Positions 1-9,464 of a stretch of 52,317 nucleotides of DNA are shown one piece after another. The stretch covers positions 1 to 52,317 of the forward strand of contig DXJF01000057.1 in NCBI GenBank assembly GCA_019057375.1. The letters are read 5' to 3'. The notes below the pieces were generated by a model that ran no database searches, was not told where the DNA came from, and saw only the letters and a program-made list of their open reading frames with translations. This DNA is from Candidatus Heimdallarchaeota archaeon. Its GTDB lineage: Archaea > Asgardarchaeota > Heimdallarchaeia > Heimdallarchaeales > Heimdallarchaeaceae. The translations under genes and the position numbers were made by a program. Within the stretch, counting starts at the first letter, position 1. Every line of letters begins with the position of its first letter.

Positions 1-180
1 TCCAACACCTGGTAAAGACATAATTGCAAATTGTCCAGGTTTGTAATCTTCTTCTACAAGACTTTCATCTAAGAATTTAAACTTGAAGTATCTTGTATCT
101 TCTGTCAAATCTTTCATAGCAAGAATTTTTGCTGGTTGTGTTGTATATGCATGATCTCCTTCTCTGGTTGTTATTGTCAT
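1..180 (-). CDS. Sulfhydrogenase gamma / AsrB-like FAD/NAD(P)-binding subunit; N-terminal part only, continues past the left edge
   Basis: Not in the ORF track. Manual translation from the ATG at 180 gives MTITTREGDHAYTTQPAKILAMKDLTEDTRYFKFKFLDESLVEEDYKPGQFAIMSLPGVG, with the PGQF motif of the FNR-type FAD-binding domain. The start overlaps the upstream stop (TAATG). Confidence 0.8.
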   Translation of the reverse strand, partial: MTITTREGDHAYTTQPAKILAMKDLTEDTRYFKFKFLDESLVEEDYKPGQFAIMSLPGVG

Positions 181-1223
181 TATTCACAGACCTCCTGATT
201 TTCACATACTTCTTCATACAATGCTTCAGAAACTGTTATCACATTGATATCTACTGGACAGAAGGTTACACATCTGCCACAACCTACACAGCTTGGTTGT
301 CCCCATTTTCCAATGTATTCCTTTAATTTATGAGTGTAATATAATTTCAAACGAGATGTTCTGTCTGGTCTGAAATCATGGTCACCTGCAACCATGGAAT
401 AATAAGGAAGTGTGCAACTATCTAGAATCCTCTCTCTGATTCCTTCTTCTGTGTTCATACTTATTCTATCTTTTACATTGAAACAATTACATGTTGGACA
501 TACAAGACTACATGTTCCACAAGATAGACATTTTTCACCAAATTGCTCCCAGACCTTACTGTCATAATTCAAATGAATTATATCTGCTAAGTATTTGAAG
601 GAAGGTATTTCGCTTTTGAACATTCCTGACCTCTTTTGTTGCCATCTAACATAATCTTGAATATCTTCTTCTGAAATTTCTTCAGAAAGGAGGTCTTCTG
701 CTTCTATGGCAATACTGAGACCTTTATCTGATCCTACCCATACAAGATAGTACTTTTCTAATTCTGTAAAAAACAAATCAAAACCGTCTTCTACCATGTC
801 AGTGCCTGTTGATTTACAGATACAATTCTCATCAGGGAAGCACGAATGACCTATTATTATCAGATTATTTCTTCGTTTTTCATAATATGGATCTTTTATG
901 TTCCCTAGGAACAATCTATCCAGAATATTAATTCCGTGAATATCACAAGGATGTACTCCCACAACTATTTGAGGTTCATCACTGACAAATACATCAGCTT
1001 GACCAGACTTATCATAACGAAGAGTGGGATATCTAGATGGTGTAAGGAATTTTTTCGGACCTATCACAGTTCTTTGATAATCGAAATCAAGATCTTCAAA
1101 TTTCTCGATTTCTTCAAAGGAATATTTTCCGTTTCCCTTTACTGGTCCATAGAGCTGCCCTTTAGTTTTTATTAGCTCAATGAACTCTGGAAACCTATCC
1201 TTAGACATCTTATAAGTTTTCAT
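180..1223 (-). CDS. Sulfhydrogenase beta / AsrA-like Fe-S subunit
   Basis: GVHPCD motif, C-x6-C-x-C, CLSCGTCSLVCPTCNCF and CVGCGRCVTFCPVDI clusters; directly followed by a gamma-like gene. Confidence 0.85.
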   Translation of the reverse strand: MKTYKMSKDRFPEFIELIKTKGQLYGPVKGNGKYSFEEIEKFEDLDFDYQRTVIGPKKFLTPSRYPTLRYDKSGQADVFVSDEPQIVVGVHPCDIHGINILDRLFLGNIKDPYYEKRRNNLIIIGHSCFPDENCICKSTGTDMVEDGFDLFFTELEKYYLVWVGSDKGLSIAIEAEDLLSEEISEEDIQDYVRWQQKRSGMFKSEIPSFKYLADIIHLNYDSKVWEQFGEKCLSCGTCSLVCPTCNCFNVKDRISMNTEEGIRERILDSCTLPYYSMVAGDHDFRPDRTSRLKLYYTHKLKEYIGKWGQPSCVGCGRCVTFCPVDINVITVSEALYEEVCENQEVCE

Positions 1224-1499
1224 GTCAAGAGAATTTTTGACATTCTACTTATAAGGTAACCTATAGGGATATCTGCTGAAAATGGAGAATTTTAGAGACA
1301 TGTAATCAAGTAATTTTGAGTTAAACTCATAGATTTTTGACATTTACAAAATTTACAAAAAAAGTACTTATCTGTGTGATTTTTCGACACATAAATTAGA
1401 ACAAAACTTAGTTATTAATTATTTAAAATATGTATTAGCGATACGTATGATACCTCGTACAATTAGTTTAAAACTACTTTTAACAACCTATAAGTAGTG

Positions 1500-1530
1500 T
1501 CAAACGTTTGTTTAATTATTCAAACGTTTT
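1500..1530. promoter_or_regulatory. Candidate operator: palindrome CAAACGTTTG (1501-1510) and near copy CAAACGTTTT (1521-1530), 20-bp period
   Basis: Seen in the intergenic region between the two divergent hydrogenase-type operons, upstream of a TTATAA TATA-like box at ~1546. Confidence 0.45.
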
Positions 1531-1620
1531 ATTTGTAAGAAAAACTTATAACATATTGTATAGATGATTTATTTAATAAAACATCGATAAAATGCTTGAA
1601 GGAGCATCAAATATCCACTT

Positions 1621-1647
1621 TATAACACAAGTCACCTTTGTGTTGTA
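1621..1647. promoter_or_regulatory. Inverted repeat TATAACACAA-N7-TTGTGTTGTA overlapping a TATA-like box (TTTATAAC, 1619-1626)
   Basis: Arms match at 9 of 10 positions; lies ~75 bp upstream of the mvhG start. Confidence 0.4.
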
Positions 1648-1722
1648 AGCCCTATAATTTCTTAGATTCCTTTGTTACTTCATTAGATTTACTAACCTCT
1701 ATTACTTCCTAAAGGTGAATAA

Positions 1723-2733
1723 ATGAATAAAAAAGAAATTGAAGAGAAGAATAATAATAGTGATAGCAAGTTACAGTTAGCATTTTATTGGGCTGCTAGT
1801 TGTGGTGGTTGCGAAATTGCTGTTCTAGATATAAATGAAAAAATCTTGGATGTTGTTGCTATTGCTGACATTCTTTTTTGGCCTGTAGCGTTAGACTTCA
1901 AGTATAAAGATGTTGAAGCAATGGATGATAATCAGATAGACGTCTGTTTCTTCAATGGGTCAGTTAGAACTTCTGAACAGAAACATCTAGCAGAATTGCT
2001 TAGAAGAAAATCGAAGACTATGGTAGCTTTTGGTTCGTGTGCTGTTGCAGGAGGTATTCCAGGTCTAGCTAATTTAGCAAGTCGTGAGGAAATATTTCAC
2101 GTCGCTTACCTTGAAAATCCTTCCACAGCTAATCCTCAAGGAATATTACCTAAAACTGAGGTTGAAGTAAAGGAAGGAATTCTAACTCTTCCTGAATTTT
2201 ATGATGAAGTTAGGAGTCTCAACCAAGTTATAGATGTTGATTATTACCTACCTGGTTGTCCACCTCATCCTGATCTTATTATGACAGCTATTGGAGCTAT
2301 AGTTGAAAACAAACTTCCTGCTAAAGGTTCAGTAATTGGTCCATTAAAGTCCGTTTGTGATGAATGCAGATTTGAAAAAACAGAGAAGAAAATAGATTCA
2401 ATTAAAAGAATTTACGAGCTTGAAACAATAGAAGATAAGTGTCTTCTAGAACAGGGAGTTATTTGTTTAGGACCTGCTACACGAGGAGGGTGTGGTGCAC
2501 AATGTCTGGATGCTAATATGCCCTGTACTGGATGCGGAGGACCAGCTCCTAATTCCATTGATCAAGGTGCAAGTATGATGTCTGCTTTGGCTTCTATACT
2601 TGGACTAGAAGGAGAAGAGGAAATGAAAGAAGAAGAAGTAGAGAAGCTAATTGAACAAATAGTAGACCCAGTTGGTACTTTTTACAAATATGGCTTACCA
2701 ACTGCCATAATCAATAGGAAGGCGAAAGAATGA
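1723..2733 (+). CDS. mvhG: F420-non-reducing [NiFe]-hydrogenase small subunit (MvhG-like)
   Basis: WAASCGGC, FGSCA and PGCPP motifs, distal CLLEQG..CLGPATRGGCGAQC...CTGC cluster; GGTGA Shine-Dalgarno-like element upstream. Confidence 0.9.
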   Translation: MNKKEIEEKNNNSDSKLQLAFYWAASCGGCEIAVLDINEKILDVVAIADILFWPVALDFKYKDVEAMDDNQIDVCFFNGSVRTSEQKHLAELLRRKSKTMVAFGSCAVAGGIPGLANLASREEIFHVAYLENPSTANPQGILPKTEVEVKEGILTLPEFYDEVRSLNQVIDVDYYLPGCPPHPDLIMTAIGAIVENKLPAKGSVIGPLKSVCDECRFEKTEKKIDSIKRIYELETIEDKCLLEQGVICLGPATRGGCGAQCLDANMPCTGCGGPAPNSIDQGASMMSALASILGLEGEEEMKEEEVEKLIEQIVDPVGTFYKYGLPTAIINRKAKE

Positions 2734-4196
2734 CAAAAACTATTACAATTGATCCAGTAACAAGATTAGAGGGACACGGAAAGATAGTTATTTTTCTTAC
2801 TGAAAAAGGAGATGTTGATAATGTTTATCTTCAAATACCAGAGTTAAGGGGATTTGAACGTTTTTCACAAGGAAGAAGAGCAGAAGACATGCCACAAATA
2901 ACCTCTAGAATATGTGGTGTTTGTCCAGTAGCTCATCATTTCGCTTCAGCAAAAGCATTAGATAGGGCTTTTAATGTCGACCCTCCTCCAGTTGCTAAAA
3001 AACTCAGAGAATTAATGTATTGTGGATACTTTATTTACGATCATATATTGCATTTTTACTATTTAGGGGGACCAGATTTTGTTGTAGGTCCAGAAGCTCC
3101 AGCTGCTAAGAGAAACATATTAGGAGTCATTGAAAAAGCTGGAATTGAAATTGGGAAAGAAGTCATTAAACACAGAGCTTATGGACAAAAAATTACTGCT
3201 ATCTTAGGTGGTAAAGCAACTCACCCAGTCTGTGGTTTACCTGGAGGTGTATCTAAACCACTTTCTTCAGATGAAGTTACGGAAATCAAAACTATGGTCA
3301 AATCTTGTGTAGACTTTGCTCAATTCTCACTGAAACTCTTTGATGATATCGTTCTCAAAAATGAGGATTATGTTAATCTCATTCTAAGTGATCCTTATAC
3401 TTTGAAGACTTACAACATGGGTTTGGTAGACGAAAATAACAAAGTAAATTTCTATGATGGATTAATTCGTGTAACTGATACTCAAGGAAAAGAGTTTCTC
3501 AAATTTGATGTTAATGACTATTTCCAACATATAGACGAACATGTTGAAGAATGGAGTTATATTAAATTTCCATATCTGAAAAAGATTGGTTGGAATGGTT
3601 TTACTGATGGTCAAGAAAGCGGTGTTTATAGAGTAGGACCACTTGGAAGGCTAAATGCAGCAGATGGAATGGCAACTCCTTTAGCAGAAGCAGAAAACAA
3701 AAGAATGTATGAAACTTTAGGAGGAAAACCTGTCAATTCTACATTAGCTTTTCATTGGGCAAGATTAATAGAATTATTATATGCAACAGAAAGAGCTCAA
3801 GAGCTGATAAATGAACCAGATATAACTTCCAAAAAAATCAGGAACCCAGTTGGACAACCTGGTGAGGGTATAGGAGTTACTGAAGCAGCTCGTGGAACGC
3901 TTATTCATCATTATAAGCTAGATGAAAAGGGATTAATCAAAAAAGCAAATCTCGTTGTAGCTACAACCAATAATTCCGCAGCAATTAGTATGTCGATTAG
4001 AGAAGCTGCTAAAGGACTTATCAAGAAAGGAGTAGTTAATGACGGACTACTCAATATGGTAGAGATGGCATTTAGAGCATATGATCCTTGTTTTGCATGT
4101 GCTACACATTCACTTCCAGGTCAAATGCTTTTGGAAGTACAGGTTTATTCACATGATAAAATTTTACTCAAAACCATAAAAAGAGGTTCTTCATAA
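2730..4196 (+). CDS. mvhA: [NiFe]-hydrogenase large subunit, group 3c-like (MvhA)
   Basis: TRLEGHG, L1 RICGVC and L2 RAYDPCFACATH motifs, followed by a cleavable C-terminal extension; all ligands are Cys. Confidence 0.93.
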   Translation: MTKTITIDPVTRLEGHGKIVIFLTEKGDVDNVYLQIPELRGFERFSQGRRAEDMPQITSRICGVCPVAHHFASAKALDRAFNVDPPPVAKKLRELMYCGYFIYDHILHFYYLGGPDFVVGPEAPAAKRNILGVIEKAGIEIGKEVIKHRAYGQKITAILGGKATHPVCGLPGGVSKPLSSDEVTEIKTMVKSCVDFAQFSLKLFDDIVLKNEDYVNLILSDPYTLKTYNMGLVDENNKVNFYDGLIRVTDTQGKEFLKFDVNDYFQHIDEHVEEWSYIKFPYLKKIGWNGFTDGQESGVYRVGPLGRLNAADGMATPLAEAENKRMYETLGGKPVNSTLAFHWARLIELLYATERAQELINEPDITSKKIRNPVGQPGEGIGVTEAARGTLIHHYKLDEKGLIKKANLVVATTNNSAAISMSIREAAKGLIKKGVVNDGLLNMVEMAFRAYDPCFACATHSLPGQMLLEVQVYSHDKILLKTIKRGSS

Positions 4197-4648
4197 TGAC
4201 TGTAACTGAAACAAAAACTGAATTGGAAGAGTTTGAACCTAATATAATAGGCTTCTTATGCAATTGGTGCAGTTATGCTGGAGCTGATCTAGCTGGAACC
4301 AGCAGGATACAATATCCCGCCAACATTAAGATCATCAAAGTGATGTGTTCTGGAAGAGTAAATCCAATGTATGTTGTTAATGCTCTTCAACAAGGAGCTG
4401 ATGGTGTTTTAATCGGAGGTTGTCATCCTGGTGATTGTCATTATCAACATGGTAACTTGTTAGCTAGACGACGAATGGCAATTCTGAAGAATCTTCTGGA
4501 ATTCATTGGGATAGATTCACGGAGGGTTCGAATGACCTGGGTTAGTGCAGCTGAAGGTAGGAAATTTGCTGAAGTAATTAAAGAAGTTACAGAGGAGATA
4601 AAAAAGATTGGTCCAATGAAAGATATTCAGAGGGTGAATGAATGGTAG
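4196..4648 (+). CDS. mvhD: MvhD/FlxD [2Fe-2S] subunit, copy 1
   Basis: FLCNWCSYAGAD, MCSGRV, GADGV..GGCHPGDCHY motifs. Confidence 0.93.
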   Translation: MTVTETKTELEEFEPNIIGFLCNWCSYAGADLAGTSRIQYPANIKIIKVMCSGRVNPMYVVNALQQGADGVLIGGCHPGDCHYQHGNLLARRRMAILKNLLEFIGIDSRRVRMTWVSAAEGRKFAEVIKEVTEEIKKIGPMKDIQRVNEW

Positions 4649-5625
4649 ATCAGCAACTGCTTATAGATGAAGTTAAGAAAGTTGTATCACGTGATGATGT
4701 TAAATATGTTATTGGCTATAAGAAAGGAACATCTGGTTTTGCAATAAGTCCAGCATTTGCTTACTCCACTGAATATGCAGATAAATTCATCTTTAATCCC
4801 CTGTGCAAAAAGAATCTTGCTGCTTATCCCCTCTTAGAAGATAAACTTCCTTTAAAACGAGAAGAAAAAGAGGATAAAAGAAAGATAGGCATTGTTGCAA
4901 AAGGGTGTGACACTCGAGCTTTGGTTCAGATTATCCAAGAGAAAGGGCTTAAACGTGAGGACTTAGTTATTATTGGAATTCCGTGTTCGGGTATAATTGA
5001 TCACAAGAAAATTACAGCAAAATTCCCCAATGAAACAGCTTATTCTACGATAGAAGAAGAGCAAGGATTTTATAAAATCACAATTAATGGAAAGGTTCAT
5101 GAAATTGCAAAAGAGGAACTATTAGCAGATTTCTGTTCTAGTTGTATTGCTCCTAATCCTGTAATTTATGATGTACTTATTGGGGAAGAGGTTGAACCTT
5201 GGAATTTGGAAGAGCATAAGAATCTTGCTGTTCTAGAAGAAAAAGATGTTGGAGAGAGATGGGAATACTGGAAAGAACACTTTGATAGATGTATTCGATG
5301 TTATGCTTGTAGAGAAGCATGTCCATTATGTTATTGTAAGGAATGTATGGCTGATCTTCTTAATCCTCAGTGGATAAGACGATCTGTAAATCTATCAGAA
5401 AATACTGCTTGGAATATTATGCGAGCATATCATCTAGCAGGACGTTGTGTAGGGTGTGGAGAGTGTGAATCTGTTTGTCCTGTAAATATCCCTCTTATGG
5501 AACTAAACAAAGAAATTGAGAAAGACGTGAAAAAAATGTTTGAATATTCTGCAGGTATGGATTTGGAAGAAAAACCGCTGTTTGGTACCTTCCGACCTGA
5601 TGATCCTGAGGAGTTTATTATGTGA
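4642..5625 (+). CDS. FlxC-like (FdhB/FrhB-related) 4Fe-4S dicluster protein
   Basis: KGCD motif, CIRCYACREACPLCYCKEC and CVGCGECESVCP clusters; position matches the flxDCBA order. Confidence 0.75.
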   Translation: MVDQQLLIDEVKKVVSRDDVKYVIGYKKGTSGFAISPAFAYSTEYADKFIFNPLCKKNLAAYPLLEDKLPLKREEKEDKRKIGIVAKGCDTRALVQIIQEKGLKREDLVIIGIPCSGIIDHKKITAKFPNETAYSTIEEEQGFYKITINGKVHEIAKEELLADFCSSCIAPNPVIYDVLIGEEVEPWNLEEHKNLAVLEEKDVGERWEYWKEHFDRCIRCYACREACPLCYCKECMADLLNPQWIRRSVNLSENTAWNIMRAYHLAGRCVGCGECESVCPVNIPLMELNKEIEKDVKKMFEYSAGMDLEEKPLFGTFRPDDPEEFIM

Positions 5626-5631
5626 GGTGTT

Positions 5632-6663
5632 ATGATGGAAACTTTAATTTTACAAAAAGACAAACTTCCTAAACTGATTGAGAAGCTCTCTTCCAGTCAT
5701 GTTCTATATGGTCCTACTGAAGAAAATGGATTTTCATTGTTCAAGCAAATTAAGGATTTCAAGGAACTAAACCTAAAATATCTTCTAACACGTGTCTCTC
5801 CAAAATCTCTTATCTTCAAACAGACAGAGACACTATTCAAGTTTATACCAGGGCGAAAAGGTGCAGTCACTTCGTCAAAAATAAATGAAGAGAAGAGTAT
5901 AATTTTTGCAATTAGACCTTGTGATGCGCGTAGTTTTAAAATACTTGATCCAGTATTCAATGGAGATTTTGAGGATCCTTTTTACATTTCAAAAAGGAAA
6001 AATACTGTTCTAATCGGATTAACTTGTAACTCTCCAGAGAAGAATTGTTTCTGCACTTCATTTGATGATAGTCCTGGTTCAACCGAAAATGTTGACATTC
6101 TTTTTACAGATTTAGATGATAGGTTCTATGTAGAAGTAGTTACAGAAAAAGGAAAAAATCTGATAAAATCAATAGAAGATATATTTGAAAAATCTACAAA
6201 AAATGATGAAGATTCAAAGAGAAATATTGTAACCAATTCTGTTGAAAGTATCACAAGAAAAATGGATCTTGATAGTTTAGCACTTAAACTTGATAAGATG
6301 TTTGATCACGAATTATGGCATAATACTGCCCAAAAATGTATTGGTTGTGGAATCTGTACTTATTTGTGTCCGACATGTCATTGCTTTGATATGCAAGACG
6401 AGAGCACTTTGAAACTAGGTGGGAGAGTACGTATATGGGATTCATGTATGTATGAAGAATATACTCATCATGCATCAGGTCATAATCCTAGACCCTCGAG
6501 AATGAATAGAGTAAGAAATAGAGTTTATCACAAGTTCAGCTATTTCCCTAAGAATGAAGATATCTCTGCTTGTACGGGTTGTGGAAGATGTATTGATTAT
6601 TGTCCTGTAAATATTGATATAATTGATGTAATAGAAAAAGTGGGGGTCATAGCAAATGAGTAA
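5632..6663 (+). CDS. FlxB-like (AsrA / sulfhydrogenase beta family) Fe-S protein
   Basis: IRPCD, NCFCTS, CIGCGICTYLCPTCHCF and CTGCGRCIDYCP motifs. Confidence 0.8.
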   Translation: MMETLILQKDKLPKLIEKLSSSHVLYGPTEENGFSLFKQIKDFKELNLKYLLTRVSPKSLIFKQTETLFKFIPGRKGAVTSSKINEEKSIIFAIRPCDARSFKILDPVFNGDFEDPFYISKRKNTVLIGLTCNSPEKNCFCTSFDDSPGSTENVDILFTDLDDRFYVEVVTEKGKNLIKSIEDIFEKSTKNDEDSKRNIVTNSVESITRKMDLDSLALKLDKMFDHELWHNTAQKCIGCGICTYLCPTCHCFDMQDESTLKLGGRVRIWDSCMYEEYTHHASGHNPRPSRMNRVRNRVYHKFSYFPKNEDISACTGCGRCIDYCPVNIDIIDVIEKVGVIANE

Positions 6664-7495
6664 AAACCCATATAGTCCATGGTTAGCTACAATTTCTGGA
6701 ATTAAACAAGAAGCTGTTGGTGAGAGACCTATTAAGACTTTCAAATTAGTTTTGGAAGACGAAGAAATAAGGAATAATTTCTCTTTTATTCCAGGTCAGT
6801 GTATTATGGTTAGTCTTTTTGGCACTGGTGAATGTTTCTTTGCTATTTCTTCTTCACCAACTCAAAAGGAATACATAGAAGTGAGCGTTCTAAAATTGGG
6901 TAAAGTAACAACTGAGCTGCACCAATTTGAACCGGGAGATACCGTAGGATTGAGAGGTCCTTATGGTAACCACTTTGATGTGAAAGGTTGGGAAGGAAAG
7001 AATATACTATTTATTGGTGGAGGAATTGGTCAAGCCCCTCTTCGTTCTATTATTAATTTCGCTCTAGATAACCGAGAAAAATATAAGAATCTGGACATTA
7101 TTTATGGAGCTAGAAGCACTAATGATTTGTGCTACAAAGATGAATTCGCAGAATTAGGAAAGAGAGATGATGTTAATATCCATCTCTCTATAGATGTTGA
7201 AGAAGAGGGGTGGGATGAATTTGTGGGATTTGTTCCTGATAATCTAAAGAGATTGAATCCCTCTCCAGATAATACTATTGCAATAACATGCGGACCTCCT
7301 GTGATGATCAAGTATGTCATTCAAAATTTAGAGGTTCTTGGATTTAAAGACAATCAAATTTTCACGACCCTAGAAATGAGAATGAAATGTGGAATAGGCA
7401 TTTGTGGAAGGTGTAACATAGGCAATCTCTATGTTTGTAAAGATGGTCCAGTGTTTTCATATGAACAACTGAGAAATCTAGAAGGAGATATGTAA
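6656..7495 (+). CDS. FlxA-like FAD/NAD(P)-binding [2Fe-2S] subunit (AsrB / sulfhydrogenase gamma family)
   Basis: PGQC, RGPYG, GGGIGQAPLRS, TCGPP and MKCGIGICGRC...VCKDGPVF motifs. Confidence 0.85.
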   Translation: MSKNPYSPWLATISGIKQEAVGERPIKTFKLVLEDEEIRNNFSFIPGQCIMVSLFGTGECFFAISSSPTQKEYIEVSVLKLGKVTTELHQFEPGDTVGLRGPYGNHFDVKGWEGKNILFIGGGIGQAPLRSIINFALDNREKYKNLDIIYGARSTNDLCYKDEFAELGKRDDVNIHLSIDVEEEGWDEFVGFVPDNLKRLNPSPDNTIAITCGPPVMIKYVIQNLEVLGFKDNQIFTTLEMRMKCGIGICGRCNIGNLYVCKDGPVFSYEQLRNLEGDM

Positions 7496-7505
7496 GGGTG
7501 GTATT

Positions 7506-9452
7506 ATGAAAATAGGCGTATATATATGTGAGTGTGGGATAAATATAGCTGCTACAGTAGATGTACCTCAAGTTGTAGAGAGAATAAAAGCTCTTCCAAA
7601 TGTAAAAATTTGTCGTATGAATAAATACACTTGTTCTGATCCTGGCCAAGAATCTATTAGAAAGGACATAAGAGAGCTGAATCTAGATAGAGTTGTAGTT
7701 GCTTCATGTTCTCCAAGGATGCATGAATCTACCTTTAGAGGTGTTGTTGAAGAGACAGGTGTTAATCCATATTGTTTTGAGATGGTAAACATCAGGGAAC
7801 ATGTTTCTTGGGTGCATACTGATACTGAACGAGCAACAGAGAAAGCAATAGAACTTATTTCTGGTGCTGTCGCTAGAGCTCAATTTCTCGAACCCTTAGA
7901 ACGTAAGGAAGTAAGTGTTATTCCCAAATCTTTGGTAATAGGAGGAGGTGTATCTGGTATTCAAACTGCTTTAGAGATTGCTAATGATGGGTTTCAGGTC
8001 TATCTTGTTGATCAAAATCCAAGTATTGGAGGAAGAATGGCTCAATTAGACAAGACTTTTCCAACCTTAGATTGTTCAGCATGTATTCTGACCCCCAAAA
8101 TGGTGGATGCTGCAAGACACCCAAATATAGAACTTTTGACATATTCAGAAATCGAGAGAGTTGATGGTTATATTGGTAATTTCAAAGTCACTGTCAAAAA
8201 GAAACCAAGATACGTAGATATTGACAAATGTGTAGGGTGTGGACTCTGCGCTGAAGCATGTAGATTAAATGGAAGAGTTCCTAACGAATTTGACGAGAAC
8301 CTAAGTAAAAGAAGTGCAATTTATATCCCATTTCCTCAAGCTGTTCCGTTAAAGTACACAATAGATCCAGAACGTTGTAATATGTTAAGATTCGGAAAAT
8401 GTGGAGATGAGCTACTTTGTGTTAGTGCATGCGAACAAAATGCAATCGATTTTGATCAGAAAGAAGAATTAGTAGAAGTAGATGTGGGAACTATTGTTGT
8501 AGCAACAGGTTTTGATAATTTTGATCCATCAACAGAAACAAAGTATGGTTATAAGGAAAATGCAAGTGTAATAACAGGAATGGAATTTGAAAGAATAGTA
8601 AATGCAGCAGGTCCAACTGAAGGACATCTTGAAATTAATGGCAAAGAACTTGAGAATGTAGTTTTTATCCAATGTGTTGGTTCAAGGGATAAAGAAGGAC
8701 ACGAATACTGCTCAAGAGTCTGCTGCATGTATACTGCTAAACAAGCACATATGGTTAGAGATAAATATCCTGATACAAAAATAACAGTTTATTTCACAGA
8801 TGTTAGAGCTTTTGGTAAAGGATTTGAGGAATTTTATAATAGAATTAAAGACGAAGATATTGATTACAAAAGAAGAGAATTGGATGATCCAATTCAGGTT
8901 GTTGGCAATGAAGGTGGTGCAATTGTTAAAGCTGAAGGTCATCCTGATATCAATGCAGACTTGGTCGTGTTAGCAACAGGGTTGGTACCTAGAAAGGATA
9001 ACAAAGAGCTAGCTAGAAAACTTAATATCAGTTTGAGCGGAGACGGTTTCCTTTTAGAAGCTCATCCAAAGCTCCGCCCCTTAGATACTTTTACGGATGG
9101 GATTTTCATAGCAGGTTGTTGTCAGAGTCCTAAAGATATACCAGATTCAGTTGCGCAAGCAAGTGGAGCGGCAGTTAGAGCAGCTGCTCCTTTAGCTCAA
9201 GGTAAAGTTCAAGTCGAGGCTATTACTGCTATAATAGATGATGATTTGTGCAGTGGATGTCGTATTTGTGAGAAAATATGTGATTATTCTGCTTTAGAAT
9301 TTGTCAGTGATGATAAAATCATGAAGATAAATGATGTTTTGTGTAAAGGCTGTGGTTCATGTGCAGCTGCTTGCCCAACGGGTGCTATAACAATGAAACA
9401 CTATAGCAATAAGCAAGTCCTTGCTCAAATTGGAGGTATTTTAGCTAAATAG
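7506..9452 (+). CDS. hdrA: Heterodisulfide reductase subunit A, canonical size
   Basis: IGVYICECG, GGGVSG FAD motif, LDKTFPTLDCSACIL, inserted ferredoxin domain, CSRVCCMY, GCCQSPKDIP and C-terminal ferredoxin domain. Confidence 0.93.
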   Translation: MKIGVYICECGINIAATVDVPQVVERIKALPNVKICRMNKYTCSDPGQESIRKDIRELNLDRVVVASCSPRMHESTFRGVVEETGVNPYCFEMVNIREHVSWVHTDTERATEKAIELISGAVARAQFLEPLERKEVSVIPKSLVIGGGVSGIQTALEIANDGFQVYLVDQNPSIGGRMAQLDKTFPTLDCSACILTPKMVDAARHPNIELLTYSEIERVDGYIGNFKVTVKKKPRYVDIDKCVGCGLCAEACRLNGRVPNEFDENLSKRSAIYIPFPQAVPLKYTIDPERCNMLRFGKCGDELLCVSACEQNAIDFDQKEELVEVDVGTIVVATGFDNFDPSTETKYGYKENASVITGMEFERIVNAAGPTEGHLEINGKELENVVFIQCVGSRDKEGHEYCSRVCCMYTAKQAHMVRDKYPDTKITVYFTDVRAFGKGFEEFYNRIKDEDIDYKRRELDDPIQVVGNEGGAIVKAEGHPDINADLVVLATGLVPRKDNKELARKLNISLSGDGFLLEAHPKLRPLDTFTDGIFIAGCCQSPKDIPDSVAQASGAAVRAAAPLAQGKVQVEAITAIIDDDLCSGCRICEKICDYSALEFVSDDKIMKINDVLCKGCGSCAAACPTGAITMKHYSNKQVLAQIGGILAK

Positions 9453-9464
9453 GAGATGAACATT

